NCBI RefSeq assembly: GCF_036321535.1
Contig: NC_087436.1
Span: 73,286,001-73,350,000, forward strand
Length of the DNA stretch: 64,000 bases
Direction of reading: 5' to 3'
DNA from: Camelus dromedarius
Taxonomy: Eukaryota
Both the position numbers and the translations under genes were made by a program. Position 1 is the stretch's first letter. Every line of letters begins with the position of its first letter. Below the pieces are notes generated by a model that did not search any database, was not told the DNA's origin, and saw only the letters and a program-made list of their open reading frames with translations. Of the stretch, positions 24,347 through 36,280 are shown piece after piece.

Positions 24347-25135
24347 TGGTCTGACCATGTACCCTGATTGGCCTGGGACTGTCCCAGAGATTATCCCAGC
24401 TCATTATCCCTATGTCCCTGACAGTTTACCATTTGTCCTGGGATTTTCCTTTTTTATGAAATGAATTATTACCGAATATTGTATTCAAATAAGCTGGGAA
24501 GGGCTTGGTAGAGTTCCACTTTTCATCTGTGCCAGGAACTGTCTGGTAGTGTGTGAGCTGCTTGTGAAGACTCACAGAAACACCTGGTGAAGTCCCAAAG
24601 ACAACAAGCAATAACCCGCTTCTCTCTTCTTCATCCTTTGCAACAGATGCAACAGAGCTAATGCCTCCCTGTAAGACCCCAAATGCAGGGAACTCACTGA
24701 TAAAATGTGTTCAGACAAAAGCAGGTTCAACAGCCAGCTCCTCCTGATCTTCGGTAATGGTGGCAAAATATTTGTTGCTGCTGTCTCCGCCAGCCACTGA
24801 TGGATCCGCCAGCTACGTTGTGAGCTTCGCCCCAGGCTATGAGGTATACAAAGCCTCTAAGCCACTAGTCAATGGAGCCAGTGGGAAATGATAGGGTGGG
24901 TGCACATGAAATAAATGTGCAGAAATGGAGCTGAGCAGTCTTGACATGGGATGTACAGGATAGTGGTCTGAATTCTCTTGTTACAGTCATTTAATGCTTG
25001 GGGTAAATCTACAACTGTTGATTTGATTGTTTGGTAATAATTTTAATTCATTATAATTGCACAGTGTTAATTGTTCTGAAAGTCCCTTTTCACTCTCAAA
25101 TGTGTCTCACTTTAGACCATGAATTCTACAGACAC
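24347..25135. mobile_element. hAT-Blackjack-type DNA transposon remnant (MER63/MER81-like ends)
   Basis: Left end tgaccatgtaccctgattggcctgggactgtccc and right end cccttttcactctcaaatgtgtctcactttagaccatgaatt resemble recalled Blackjack termini. Confidence 0.6.
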
Positions 25136-25437
25136 AGAACCAATAGGAGCAACCTAGAAATATCTGTCAGACTACCTCTGACCATGCAAATATCCATGAG
25201 CATCTAAGTATCCAAGGGTGATAACCACAAAATCTGATCAAAGTAGCATCCAATTCCAACTCCAGGATCTCTGAGCGATGTGCAGTCTTCTCCATCAGGT
25301 CTAAATGCAGCTTCTCACAGTTTGGAAACCTACAAACTGAAAAGCAAGCTGCCCCCAACAGACACAGTGCACATTGTTGGAGAATAAGACAGCAATTGTT
25401 AGCCCTGCCCTGGCAGTGGAGGAACTTTTTTGCTTAG

Positions 25438-25943
25438 TGTGATGGTTAATTATGTCAACTTGACTGGGCGAAGGGATGCCCAGATAGTTGGGTAAACATT
25501 ATTCTGGGATGTGTCTGTGAGAATGTTTCTGGGAGAGATTAGCACTGGAATCAGTAGACTGAGCAAAGATCACCCTCACCCATGCAAGTGGGCATCACCA
25601 AATCTGCTGAGGATCTGAATAGAACAAAAGTTGGAGGAAGGGTGACTTTGTCCCTGAGCTGGGACATCCACCTTCTCCTGCCCTCAGACATGAGTGCTCT
25701 TAATTCTCAGATCTTTGGACTTGGATGAATTCTTTAAAGGTTCTTGGGCTTTTGGACTCAGACTGGGACTTAACACTGTTGGCTCCCCTAGTTTTCAGGG
25801 TTTAGACTTGAACTACTCCCCAGCATGCAGATGGCAGATTGTGGGTCTTCTCAGTCTCCATAATCCCGTGGGCCAATCCTTCATAATGAATCTTTTATAT
25901 ATTCTATTGATTCTGTCTCTTCAGAGGGCCTTGACTCTTGACA
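25438..25943 (+). mobile_element. MLT2 (ERVL) solo LTR
   Basis: Starts tgtgatggttaattatgtcaacttgactggg, ends ...tgaca; 5-bp TSD cttag/gttag. Confidence 0.92.
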
Positions 25944-26109
25944 GTTAGCTAGTCTAGCAGCCCCCTTGTTCTGCTCACTGGGAAGGATTTTCATGCCTGC
26001 AGTCCTCTGTGCCTTTCATGCCCGCTGTCCTCCGTGCCTTTCATGCCCTTGGTTTTATCTTCTTGGAGATTCTATTTTTGCTTGTCCCTTATCCTCCATA
26101 GAGATGTCT

Positions 26110-26760
26110 CAGGTGAGTATTGAAGAGTATAAGACAGGCAGTAAGGTGTGATACACAAAGGGAGAGGGCCTGTCTCCTGCGACCCCCAGGTGGCATGGAG
26201 GGTGAACAGAAGTTCCCACATACTCCAGAGAGGGTAGTCCTGGCGATTTCAACTGCCCAGCCTCCCAAGTTTACTCTGACAAAGGCACAATGACCCTGGG
26301 CTGAAGGCTACAGGGCAAAAGGTCTAGGTCAGGTACTGGGTAGGACTCACAGCTGGAAGGACGCAACAAAGCCAAGAAAAAAATGCAGGACATCAGAAGT
26401 AGAAAAATAACAGGATGCCCAGAGATGGGATCAGAACAACCTCTTCTCAGCAGCTGCCAGCCAGAGCCCACCAAGGACTGTCCTGAGCCACTAACACGAT
26501 GAAGTCACCTTAGCTGCTTCATCTTGGAGAGGAACAGGTGAAGGAAGAAAATACATAATCCTGACTCATCCACACAAAACTGCGCTAATCTAAAGAGACT
26601 GTTTAAAGTATACGATCAGCCAGAGTATATCATATTGACCTAAAATTTCATTCTCACCCACTACCCAGTAGGGCGGAGGACTGATGAAAACCATTAGATC
26701 GGTTATATGTTTACTTCACACACATGCCCGGTAGTGTGAGAAAATTGGCAACCATATTAC
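26110..26760 (+). mobile_element. Ancient LTR remnant, possibly mammalian Gypsy-type
   Basis: gagactgtttaaa...cccactacccagtagggcgg...attagatcggttata resembles recalled MamGypLTR/LTR85-type sequence; weak. Confidence 0.35.
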
Positions 26761-27166
26761 AAGTAAAGAGCTTCTGTGTTATAAGCATTTTATCATTATG
26801 GTTTCATTTGTAGTGGATTTTTAAGAATGTAAACTATTTTTAAGCATGTAAATGCTACAGTTGTAGCAGTGTTTGCAGGAGTAAATTTCATCACTATAGC
26901 ATATCAAAGACACTTTCTAGCACTAGGGGGAATGGGAAATTATGACAAACTAAAATCTTGAGTGTCGTATAAACTGCTTCTACAAAATGTGTGTGTGTAT
27001 GTGTGTGTGTGCATGTATGTGCACAATTCACTGAGCACTACAATTGCAAGAGGCTAGTTCTTGTGAGATAGAGACAGACATCAGATGGCTAAGACAGACC
27101 AGAAGCAGGGCAGTGAGCAACCTTAGTGAGAAGCCTGTGAAGTTGTGCTGACCCATTAGGGATTTT

Positions 27167-27453
27167 TTAAAATTTTTTTTATTTGAAGTATAGTCAGTTT
27201 ATAACATATCAATTTCTGATGTGCAAGCATAATGTTTCAGTCATACACACACACACATATATTCATTTTCATACTCTTTTCATTATAGATTACTACAAGA
27301 TATTGAATGTAGCTCCTCCTTGTGCTCTACATTAGAAACTTGTCTATTTTATATGTAGTAGCTAGTATCTGCAAATCTTAGATCGTCATTCTAAGTGAAG
27401 TAAGCTAGAAAGAGAAAGAAAAATACCATATGTTGTCACTTATATGTGGAACG
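27167..27453 (-). mobile_element. Short L1 with 5' inversion
   Basis: 27167-27378 is a reverse 3' terminus; 27380-27451 is an opposite-orientation L1 segment; TSD attaggg(a/c)tt. Confidence 0.88.
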
Positions 27454-27469
27454 ATTAGGGCTTCTTGAA

Positions 27470-27929
27470 GCTGATGCTGTTGGGGCCCCACCCATATTCC
27501 CTGGGCACCCCCACCCCGGAGGGCACCTATAGCTTCAGCGGAGAGTTCACTCTCCTGATGGCTTCCTCATCCAGCACCTCCATCTCTCTGCTGAAGGCCT
27601 TCTTCAGGAGTGTGCCCACCACACATGCACGGCAGGCTGGAAATGCCGCAGAGTTAGCATCCCCAGGACCAACTCTCCACTGCGAAGGATGGGAGCTGGT
27701 GGATCAACACCCCATCTTCCATTCCTTTCAGGAGGACAATCTGAGGTGTGCTCTACACTTTCTCAGAGGGCCCCCGAGTGGCAACCACTCATTAACTCTC
27801 TTGGCTTCCCTCTCTTGCCTGCCTCACTTCTTCACTCCCTCACTGTGCTTCCTGGGATAACCGCCCAAAACAAGCCAAATACAGAGCCACGGTTCAGGGG
27901 CTGACTTTGGCAAAACTCAGATAAAGACA
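27470..27929 (+). mobile_element. LTR16-family (ERVL) LTR
   Basis: caggctggaaatgcc...gagttagcatcccc...ggacaatctgaggtgtgctctacac...tgcttcctgggat...aaagaca. Confidence 0.8.
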
Positions 27930-29131
27930 GCAAGACAGAGAGTGCAAGGTGATAGGACTAGTGAACCCTAGCAAACTACAGAAAAGACCTACTCTTGTAA
28001 AATACAGATCTTATCTTAAGACCTCTACTTATAAGATAACTTACAAAGGTTTATGCATCGCTTTGATCTTTCAAAGTTTTTAATAATTCAGACTCATTGG
28101 CTGTGCTGGGGGGAAACTTGGCTGTGCTTTTGCTTAAGTATGAATTGGAGCCTAAAAGTTGAACCAGGAAAGCTTCAGACACTCAAGGGCTTCACAGTCT
28201 GACTATGATCACAAGAATCAAACTGGGAGCTTCTCAGAGGCAGAAGAGGCTTTTTTGAGCCAGTCACCCCCTGACCAGCAAGTACTCTATCTGAGGCTAA
28301 ATCTTAGGGTTTACTAATAAAGGAGATATTTCCCACAATTTGTTTCTCCTAATCCACCACTTTCCTCGTCCTCAGCAAATTTCTTTCCTGTGCTGGAGTG
28401 GTGATGAAATTTATACACCACAAAAGTGAACACAATTTAGTCTGTAAGTTGACAGAAATGCTTAAAATGATGAAATAGAGTACAGCGGTGGGATGAAAAA
28501 TATTCCTTCTGCTGTGAACATATGTTTAATCCAGCTGCTTCTTTATTCTTTAATACCTTGCTCCAGCAGTGCAGGCCCCCACCGAGACTGTTGTACTAAT
28601 CCAATATTCTTCTGAGATGGTTTCCCATGGCATTAATATTTTAGCTCACTTGTTGCAGCCTTCCCATTGAGCCAAAAAGGAGTGTGCAGCAGATAGTTCG
28701 TGTTGTTATTGCTGTTCACCTTTCTCCAGTTAACTGCTCACCTTGAGAGTGGTCAGCTCTGCTCTCCTGCTGGGTTGAGTCATGCCTAATCCTTTGATCT
28801 GGGTTTTTTTTTCATTGATGTTTCCCTTTTTGATGACACTTGTTAATTGAATTTAAATCAGTGCCTACATATCTCTGAAGAAAGACACTCAGGGGAATAC
28901 TGAAGGATATAATCATGTATTTCTCCCCATGTGGTATTGTCATGGCATTATCAATGACTTGCTCAACTTCACAGAGGCATCAGTTCATAAGGTCTGGATC
29001 TGGGTTTAGGGTCCCAAGAGTGCAGCAAGAAGTGGTGAATTGTTTACCTAAAATGGCTGAAAACAATGTTATTAAGAATACAAAGATAAAATTTTGATCC
29101 AGAAGAAAAGCAGAAAAAAGACTGGGAGAAG

Positions 29132-29762
29132 TGTGACCGAGCAGGACCCGATGGGGCCTTCCTGGGACAGGCAACACACTCTACCATGTCCTTCACCTGC
29201 CTCTTGTTTGTAGAAAAACTTTAGCCTCCCGGCCTTCTCCTAGTTTCAAAGAATTAATTTGATCAGAGAAGTGAGAAAATGCAGAAACAAGAAAAACAGT
29301 CAAGCAAGACAAAATAGTAATAGTTTGGCTATTAAACAAAGTCAAGGACCTTTAGTTCCTCCTCAAGGGCTATAGATAATATTTTGATCCATGTCCTTTG
29401 AGTTGATTTGCAGATCCTGAGCCATCCAACAGGTGGAAGAAGTTAACTGTATGCTGCCCACAAGCACAGAGACCCAAGACTGGTTGGAACCAGAAGGTTG
29501 AGATTTTGACTCCAGGTTACACTACCAACCAATCAGAAGAATGTCCATGAGATGATCTCATATCCCATAACCCCACTCCCTCACCCTCTAAAAACTTTTC
29601 CCTGAAAGCCTTTGGGAAGTTCAGGTCTGTTGAGAATTAATTGCCTGGACTCCTTGCTTGGTGCCCTGTGATAAACCCCTCACTTTCCTTCACCACATCC
29701 CGGTGTCAGTAGATTGGCTTTACTGGTCACAGGAGAGAGGACCCAAGGTTGATTTGGTAACA
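29132..29762 (+). mobile_element. ERV1-type solo LTR (631 bp)
   Basis: TG...CA termini (tgtgaccga...ttggtaaca), perfect 4-bp TSD gaag, CCAAT box, gataaa poly(A)-signal variant. Confidence 0.9.
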
Positions 29763-29984
29763 GAAGTGGTTGAAAACCTTAGGTTTAGAAGAGATACAGC
29801 TCTGAAGATATAAATAAGTCAAGAGTGAAGCAAATGAGTCAAAAGCTGAAGCTATCAGGAACAGGGCTAGAAGCAGCGTGTTAGACAGGTCAGGGCCTGA
29901 ACAATGCAAAGGTGACAGGAGCTCACTGTGTGGTGGGCTAGCTTCCTGGCTAAGGCAGTCATTATTTCTCTAGTCATATGCCAA

Positions 29985-30364
29985 TTATTCCTGGGTCTCC
30001 CCACTCCTGGGAATAGCATTGAATTGGACTTTCTGGCTCTGGTACGGTTGGGTAGAGTCACTTGAGTAGTTCTGAGCTGAGTTTTAAGCTAATGCCATAT
30101 ATTTCCCTTCCAGGTCAGAGCATTTAATTGCCATTGCAAGACTCACCAGAGTTCTCTTTTCCCTGTGGAGTAGGGATTGGCAACATTCAAGAGTGTGACT
30201 ACAACAACAGACTGCATCAAGTAAGAAACCGTGGAGCAAATAACCCAGCTGACCTGCAATGGATGTATAACATGAGCAAGAAATTAACCTTTGTTGTGTT
30301 AAATAATTGAGATTTTGAAGTTATCTTTTACCACAGGAAACTCTAATCTAACCTGTCTAATACA
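29985..30364 (+). mobile_element. Old MaLR LTR (MLT1I/J-like)
   Basis: 3' end aaattaacctttgttgtgttaa...ctaacctgtctaataca. Confidence 0.7.
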
Positions 30365-30696
30365 GTGACAATGAGGCAGTTCTGCTGGGTTCAAAGAGAT
30401 GAGTTTGCTGAATATTGCTCACATTGATACAAGATGCGTATAGTGAAAAGAACACTAGACTATGATGGCTGGACACATGAATGGATGGTCAGGTAGATAC
30501 AAAGCTATGGAAGACAGATACTGATGGCTAGAGCATAGAACTAGGACTTAGGGATCCTGGGTCTAGTCTTACCACCTATTAACTGTGTCATCTTCCTTAC
30601 CAGCCCATTTAACCTCTATAATTGAATATCTGTCTTCACCTGTATAACAGAAGTGAGAACACCTACCAAGCCTTTTCAGAGGACTCTGCTGATAAT

Positions 30697-31186
30697 TGTG
30701 GCCGACACACTCCAGGTGGCCCACTGTGATCTCTTCTTCCTGGTGTCCGTGCCTTTGTTTAACTCCCTCCCCTTGAGTGTGGGAAGGACAACTGAATATG
30801 GTGTAAGTTACAGGAGGTCACTCTCTGATTATATTATGTTATTTTCCAGCTTGATAAAGTCAATAGGCTAGTCGGGAAAGCCTGTGTGCCAGTAGCCAAG
30901 GGCCCAGCAAGAAACCAGGGCTCTCAGTCCTACAACCACAAGAAATTAATTCTGCCAATAACCTGGGTGAACTTGAAGTCAAGTTTGTTTTTCCCTAGTT
31001 GATCCTCCAGATGGGAATATAGCCCAGCTGATACCTAAATTACAGCCTCGTGAGGCCCAAAGCAGAGAACCCAGCTAAATTGTGCCCAGATTTCTGACCC
31101 ATAGAAACTGTGAGAGGATAATCGTGTGCTGTTTTAAACAGTCAAGTGTGTAGTAACCTTCTATGCAGCAATAGAAAATGAATATA
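30697..31186 (+). mobile_element. MLT1 (MLT1F/G-like) LTR nested in a MIR
   Basis: tgtggc...ctccccttgagtgtggg...gcagcaatagaaaatgaatata; TSD ataat/ataac; MIR sequence from about 30520 upstream. Confidence 0.85.
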
Positions 31187-31944
31187 ATAACTAAATTCGT
31201 GAAGGTGCATCAAAGCATTTAATAAACTAGAAAATGCTGAATACATCTTAGGTATTAGCCTCAAAGGATACCAAAAACTTCATGGAGATTTTACATGGTA
31301 CAAATCCAAAAAAGTTACTCATATGCTTTGGGGAGTCCACAAGCCATTTTTTAAACCAAGTCTTCACATAAATTTCTCCAATCTTCCTTAAAATTGCAGC
31401 AGTTACTCATTTATTCTGACCTTCAAGTTCCAACAGCTGTGTCACCAATTGCTTGTGGTCTGTGATATGCATAACTTCTATATTGCTGTCAATAAAGACG
31501 AAATCTGGGGTTTAACTGCTCCTCCTTAGAGAACTATGAAAAGCCCAGGCTGTCCTAACTACGGATTCAACCTAATAGCTATGCTTCAGCCCGGATTTCA
31601 ATAGAATTGCCACCTTCATCATTTTTACTATTACCCTACACGTTGCTACAACTGTCATGAGCATCAGTGACTGCCTGTACTTTGTGTCTAAGTTTTTCAT
31701 CCGGAGACTTTAAAAATGGATGTTGGAGGAATGTTGTTGATGTCAATATGCCAAATTTCATCTCAATTATAGGGGCATAAATGATATGCTCTCAATTTCT
31801 CTTACTAGTAATAACATTCCTTGCCTTCTATAGCAAATCTCTTTCCAAGAACCCCTGACCCATGTGTAATCAGCTTGTGGCTCTGGGATAGGGCAACATA
31901 GAGCTTTTCCCTTAATCATTCCAAATCTGCAGTATGATGATTAC

Positions 31945-32180
31945 AATAATGCCCAGGAATGGGTATCCTTTAAGTGCCAGGCTCTTTACAGACATTTTAC
32001 CTAATTCTCAAAACAACCCTGCAAAATAAGTATTTTCATTTCCATTTTACAGGTCTTGAAATTCTGGCTTAAGGAGAATAATTTCCTTACCTGGGGTCAC
32101 ACATCTGTAAGTCACTGAACCAAGATTTTAAGTCAGATATGTCAGATTACAAAGACTTCCTCCTTCCTCGACACCCTACG
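31945..32180 (-). mobile_element. MIR
   Basis: aattctcaaaacaaccctgc...tccattttacag...ggggtcacacatctgtaagt. Confidence 0.8.
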
Positions 32181-32812
32181 AACCCCTCTAGCACTGAAAA
32201 CCAAGAACAGAGTACCAGTTTAGGACTATCTCCCAACCTTCCTCCATTCCTTAATTTCTTTTAATGTTCCAGCCCTCTCAACATAGCATCTGTATAATCA
32301 TCAGTTCAGAAATAGAGTGGTGTCCAACTCTGCAAAGAGAAGGGAAGGATCCTGTATTAGTCAGGAATGTGCTTAACTGTGAATGATTAAAAATGCAAAA
32401 TTACATTGGTTTAAACAAGATATGAGTTTCCTTCTCTTTCATGTTGGCACTGTATGGATTTGGTGGTGACTAAATCCAGGACCCAGCCCTCAGGAAATTT
32501 ACAATCTAAAGGAAGAAATAAACAACTCCTAATAATGGGAAACAGAATGAACACTTTGCTATAATGAAAGTAGGGGGCAAAAGGTCTAAGGAACACAGAA
32601 GAAGTTATTTCTAATTGGTAGAGTCTAACAAGACTCCTTTGAGGAAGTGATATTGAATTAAGCTTTAAAGGTGAGAAAAAATTCAGTAGACAACAAAGGA
32701 GTTAGAAAGGTATGTGAGATAAAGAGGGGGAAAAAGACATTCCATGCTAAATAAATGACAAAAGTAAACATATATAAAAGTGCTAGTCTACTTCCCATTC
32801 ACAGAGAGAGCT

Positions 32813-33300
32813 GTGGGTCTGGAAGAGGCTCCTTTTTCTTGTTCCCCCAATATCCGTTCTTCCTTTCTTCCATAGTAATAGAAATTTTAGCTAATTATGT
32901 GGTTGCTCAGAATAAAGACTGAATTTCCAGACTCTCAAATAGCAAGGTGGACCACATGACTAAATTCTGATTAATGGGATACGTGTGAATGTATAATGAG
33001 GCAGCTACTAAGAATCATCCTTATGAAACCAATTAGCACTGCCCTTAGCCTCCTCTACTTCTTCCCTTGTCTTCCTTCCTGCATGCTGGAATATTGATGA
33101 GGTGGCTGATGCTTGAGCTGCCATCTTGGAACTTGGGATGATCTTGAGCATGGAGGTACCAACAGGTCTAGATTGGCTTTTCAGTTGGGAAAGGAGTCTG
33201 TGGAGAAAAGATTATGCTTACTCCTTAATATCAGTTATGAGAATGTGCCCGCCTGAAGCCACAACCCTCAGAGCAATGTTGAAAAGAGACACAGGCTACC
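32813..33300 (+). mobile_element. Old MaLR LTR fragment (MLT1H-like)
   Basis: atttccagactctc...ggaccacatgactaaattctgattaatgggat...gctgccatcttg. Confidence 0.65.
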
Positions 33301-33821
33301 AGGCATCAATGCTCGATTAGCCCACATTCTTAGCTGTGTTTTTGAATAATAAAGGGAGTGAATACCTGCTCATAGTAACACATGTTCAAATCCTCTTTCC
33401 CCTCATGTCTACTTCCCTCCCTACAGCTCTGCTCTCCCTCGATCTCCAAATACCCCTAAAAATTCCTCCAAGAGCTTCTCCTGTAACTTTAGCCCTCATG
33501 CCATTCCATTTCTCCTTCTACCCTGCTGAAGACTCCAAGCATGTAGCAGTATGATGGGGACACATATGGGGGCTGAGCTCTGGACAGGAAGTTTTCCATT
33601 TAATAAGGAGCCCAAACTAGCAAGTAACACAACTTGTCCCACAAAATATTTTTATATTTCTGTAGAATACAGTAAGAGGTAATGTTTTCAATCTTAGACT
33701 TTGATTCTCACCCCTGAATGTGTCTCCATTTCAATTAATAGGAAACCAAAGAACCTCTAAAGAAATAATCGAAAATATGAGCATCAGACAATGTGGCTTT
33801 CCTCCCCAAAAGCCATTTCCC

Positions 33822-33906
33822 TTTTTTTAATGGAAATACTGAGGATTGAACCTAGGACCTTGTGCACACTAAGCATGCACTCTACCACTGAGCTATACCT
33901 TCCCCC
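33822..33906 (-). mobile_element. Vic-1-like SINE, short form
   Basis: Reverse of gggggaaggtatagctcagtggtagagtgcatgcttagtgtgcacaaggtcctaggttcaatcc...ccattaa; flanked by catttccc repeats. Confidence 0.92.
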
Positions 33907-33924
33907 TCATCATTTCCCATTTTT

Positions 33925-34430
33925 CCTTACTAATAATATTTATTTTGTTCAGATTTGAGGGAGCAATGTGCTCAAGAAGTTTGGACCCCACCTCAGCCCT
34001 AGGAGATTAAACATAATTAAGTCATGCTAATCCCATTTCCTTTATCAGCAATTGTTGTGCAAGTGGACATATGACCCACTTCTGGTCAAAAGGACCTGAG
34101 GGGAACTTATTGAGGACTTCTCAGAATGATTTTTTTCCATGATTTAAAAAAATTAAAAAAGCATAAAGAAAGCATTCTCCTTCCTGTTTGAATTCAGTTG
34201 TGTGAGGACATGATGCTTAGAGCTGTGGCAGCCATTCTGTGACCATAAAATGAAATCAAAAGAATCACAGAAAAGAGAAGCTATCCCAGAGCCTGCACAT
34301 CAGCTGTGCTACTGGATTAACAAACCTCGGAACTGTCATTTCCTGACTTGGGCTATGTAAACCATGAACTCTTATTTTTAGGTTTGATTAAATATTCCAT
34401 TTAGTATAGCAAAAAGCATCCTACCTGATA
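33925..34430 (+). mobile_element. MLT1J-like LTR
   Basis: catatgacccacttctggtc...tgtgaggacatgatgcttagagctgtggcagccattctg...aaaagcatcctacctgata. Confidence 0.75.
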
Positions 34431-35629
34431 AAATATTCATGAATGATATCCATTTACTTCCCTTTTACTCAATATGCCAAGGTTATTGAAGTTATTATAA
34501 ATGAAATCATTGAATATTATTATAAATAGAATATTCACTTTTACTTAGGTGTAATTATAAATTAGATATAATTCATAATCTCTATCAATAACATCTGGTA
34601 GATATAATTAGAGTTCATGGGTGTATGAAGATTAATCTTTACAAAGGCCCTCACAGCCAGGTCATTTTACAATGCCTAAAGAAAGTCTTCACCATTTCAT
34701 TTTCATTTTCTTATCTGGCTGTCTGAACCCATTGGCTATCCAATTAAGGAGGTTGACAGCCAGGTGGTGTGTCCATGTGTATGAGCCACACTTTTGGTGC
34801 GTGAATTGAGAGTGGGCATACAGATGGCCCAAAGCATCTCAACAGGATGAAAAGCCAAGTGGTCAAACTAGAAGATCTGCACAAAGAGCAAAAGTGTTCA
34901 TAAGACCCATGTGGAAAGTTTAAAAGTGAGAAACCAACAACAATGAGTCTGAACTGCTTTTCAGCTAATGCAGAGTTTACCTGAGTGCCCTGGGATGCAG
35001 TGTATGTTTATGTGCAGCCTTCTTCATGGTCATTTTTCATTATCTTGAATCTGGAATATCATGTACGCAGCTGTGTAATGTACCTGCCCTAATGTGCAAC
35101 ACGCTTATTTTTAAATGTCATTTATAGATGATTTCTCTCAAGTCTGCAAAGGACATAGTGAGATAATGTGGTGGAAAACACTTTGTAAGCTGTGAAGTAC
35201 TGCAAAAATGTTGCTATTTTTATTACAATTCTACCTTTTTTTATTTTAAAATATTAACATGAGCAAAGGCTTTATGAAAACCTTCCCATGGTTCCAGAGA
35301 GGCTGCTACTAAGGCTGCTACTAGGACGTTGCTAGAGGTAAATCTGTGCTAATGGTTTTGCCATTTTTATAGGCTAAAATTCTGTCCAAGAGACAGAAAC
35401 AGTTCAGGAATCCCACTTCCTCCATTTCTTACAACAACTATGTAGTGAGCACTTCCAACCCTGGACGACGGAAGCAGGATTGACCCTTAGATCATCTGTA
35501 AAACAGAGGCAGCACCTGCTCCCTCTGTTCTGATCTCACTAGTCCCTACAGCAAGCACAAGATGACCCGAGGGTCCAGCTCATCAGGTGTTCGGTAAACA
35601 CATGTTCATTCGTGAAAGAGTATGCAACT

Positions 35630-35793
35630 CTTTCTGTTCAGAGTCTGATTCATGGACTGGCAAACCGGCATCACGAGGAGCTTATTAGAAATGCAGAATC
35701 TCAGGCCTCATCCAGACCTACCAAATCAGAATCTGTATTTTCACAAAACCCCCAGATGTTCAGCATTCACCTTAAAGTGTGGGAGTCCCACCG
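35630..35793. mobile_element. MER5A (hAT-Charlie)
   Basis: gcatcacgaggagcttattagaaatgcagaatctcaggcctcatccagacctac...aatcagaatctgtatttt. Confidence 0.85.
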
Positions 35794-35799
35794 CAATAG

Positions 35800-36232
35800 A
35801 TGTCATCTGCGCTGTGTTCTTGTCCCTTCGGTCCACCCTGGAGGTGACCTGAGACAGTTCCCATGCACGTCTTGCCGCACATCTCCCTGATGGCTCTCTC
35901 TGACCCAGGAAACCTGCTGCTAGGCTGGGAGGTGCCAGGCAGGCCAGAAGTGCTGGGAACTTAGTGCCTTCACGGAGATAGCGAGTGGTTGGTGTACGAG
36001 CAGGACAGCTTTCCTGGCCTTAAATAGGGAAATTCTGAGGCACATTCCACATCGTTTTTCAGAGGTTCTCCAGGGACACTAGACTCCAGTTGCCCACGGT
36101 GATGAGCCATATTGATTAGGTCTCACTTCCTCACACCCTCAGCATTGCTTCCTGGACTCTCCTCCCCAACAAACTGCTTTCACTCTAATCCTTATCTCAG
36201 GATCTGCTTTTGGAAGGACTCAAACAAAGACA
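35800..36232 (+). mobile_element. LTR16-family LTR
   Basis: aggccagaagtgctggg...aattctgaggcacattcc...atccttatctcaggatctgcttttggaaggactcaaacaaagaca. Confidence 0.8.
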
Positions 36233-36280
36233 AGTTGTCTTCCACTTCTGATAGTCTATGCTCTCTAGCCTGACCCCTTA

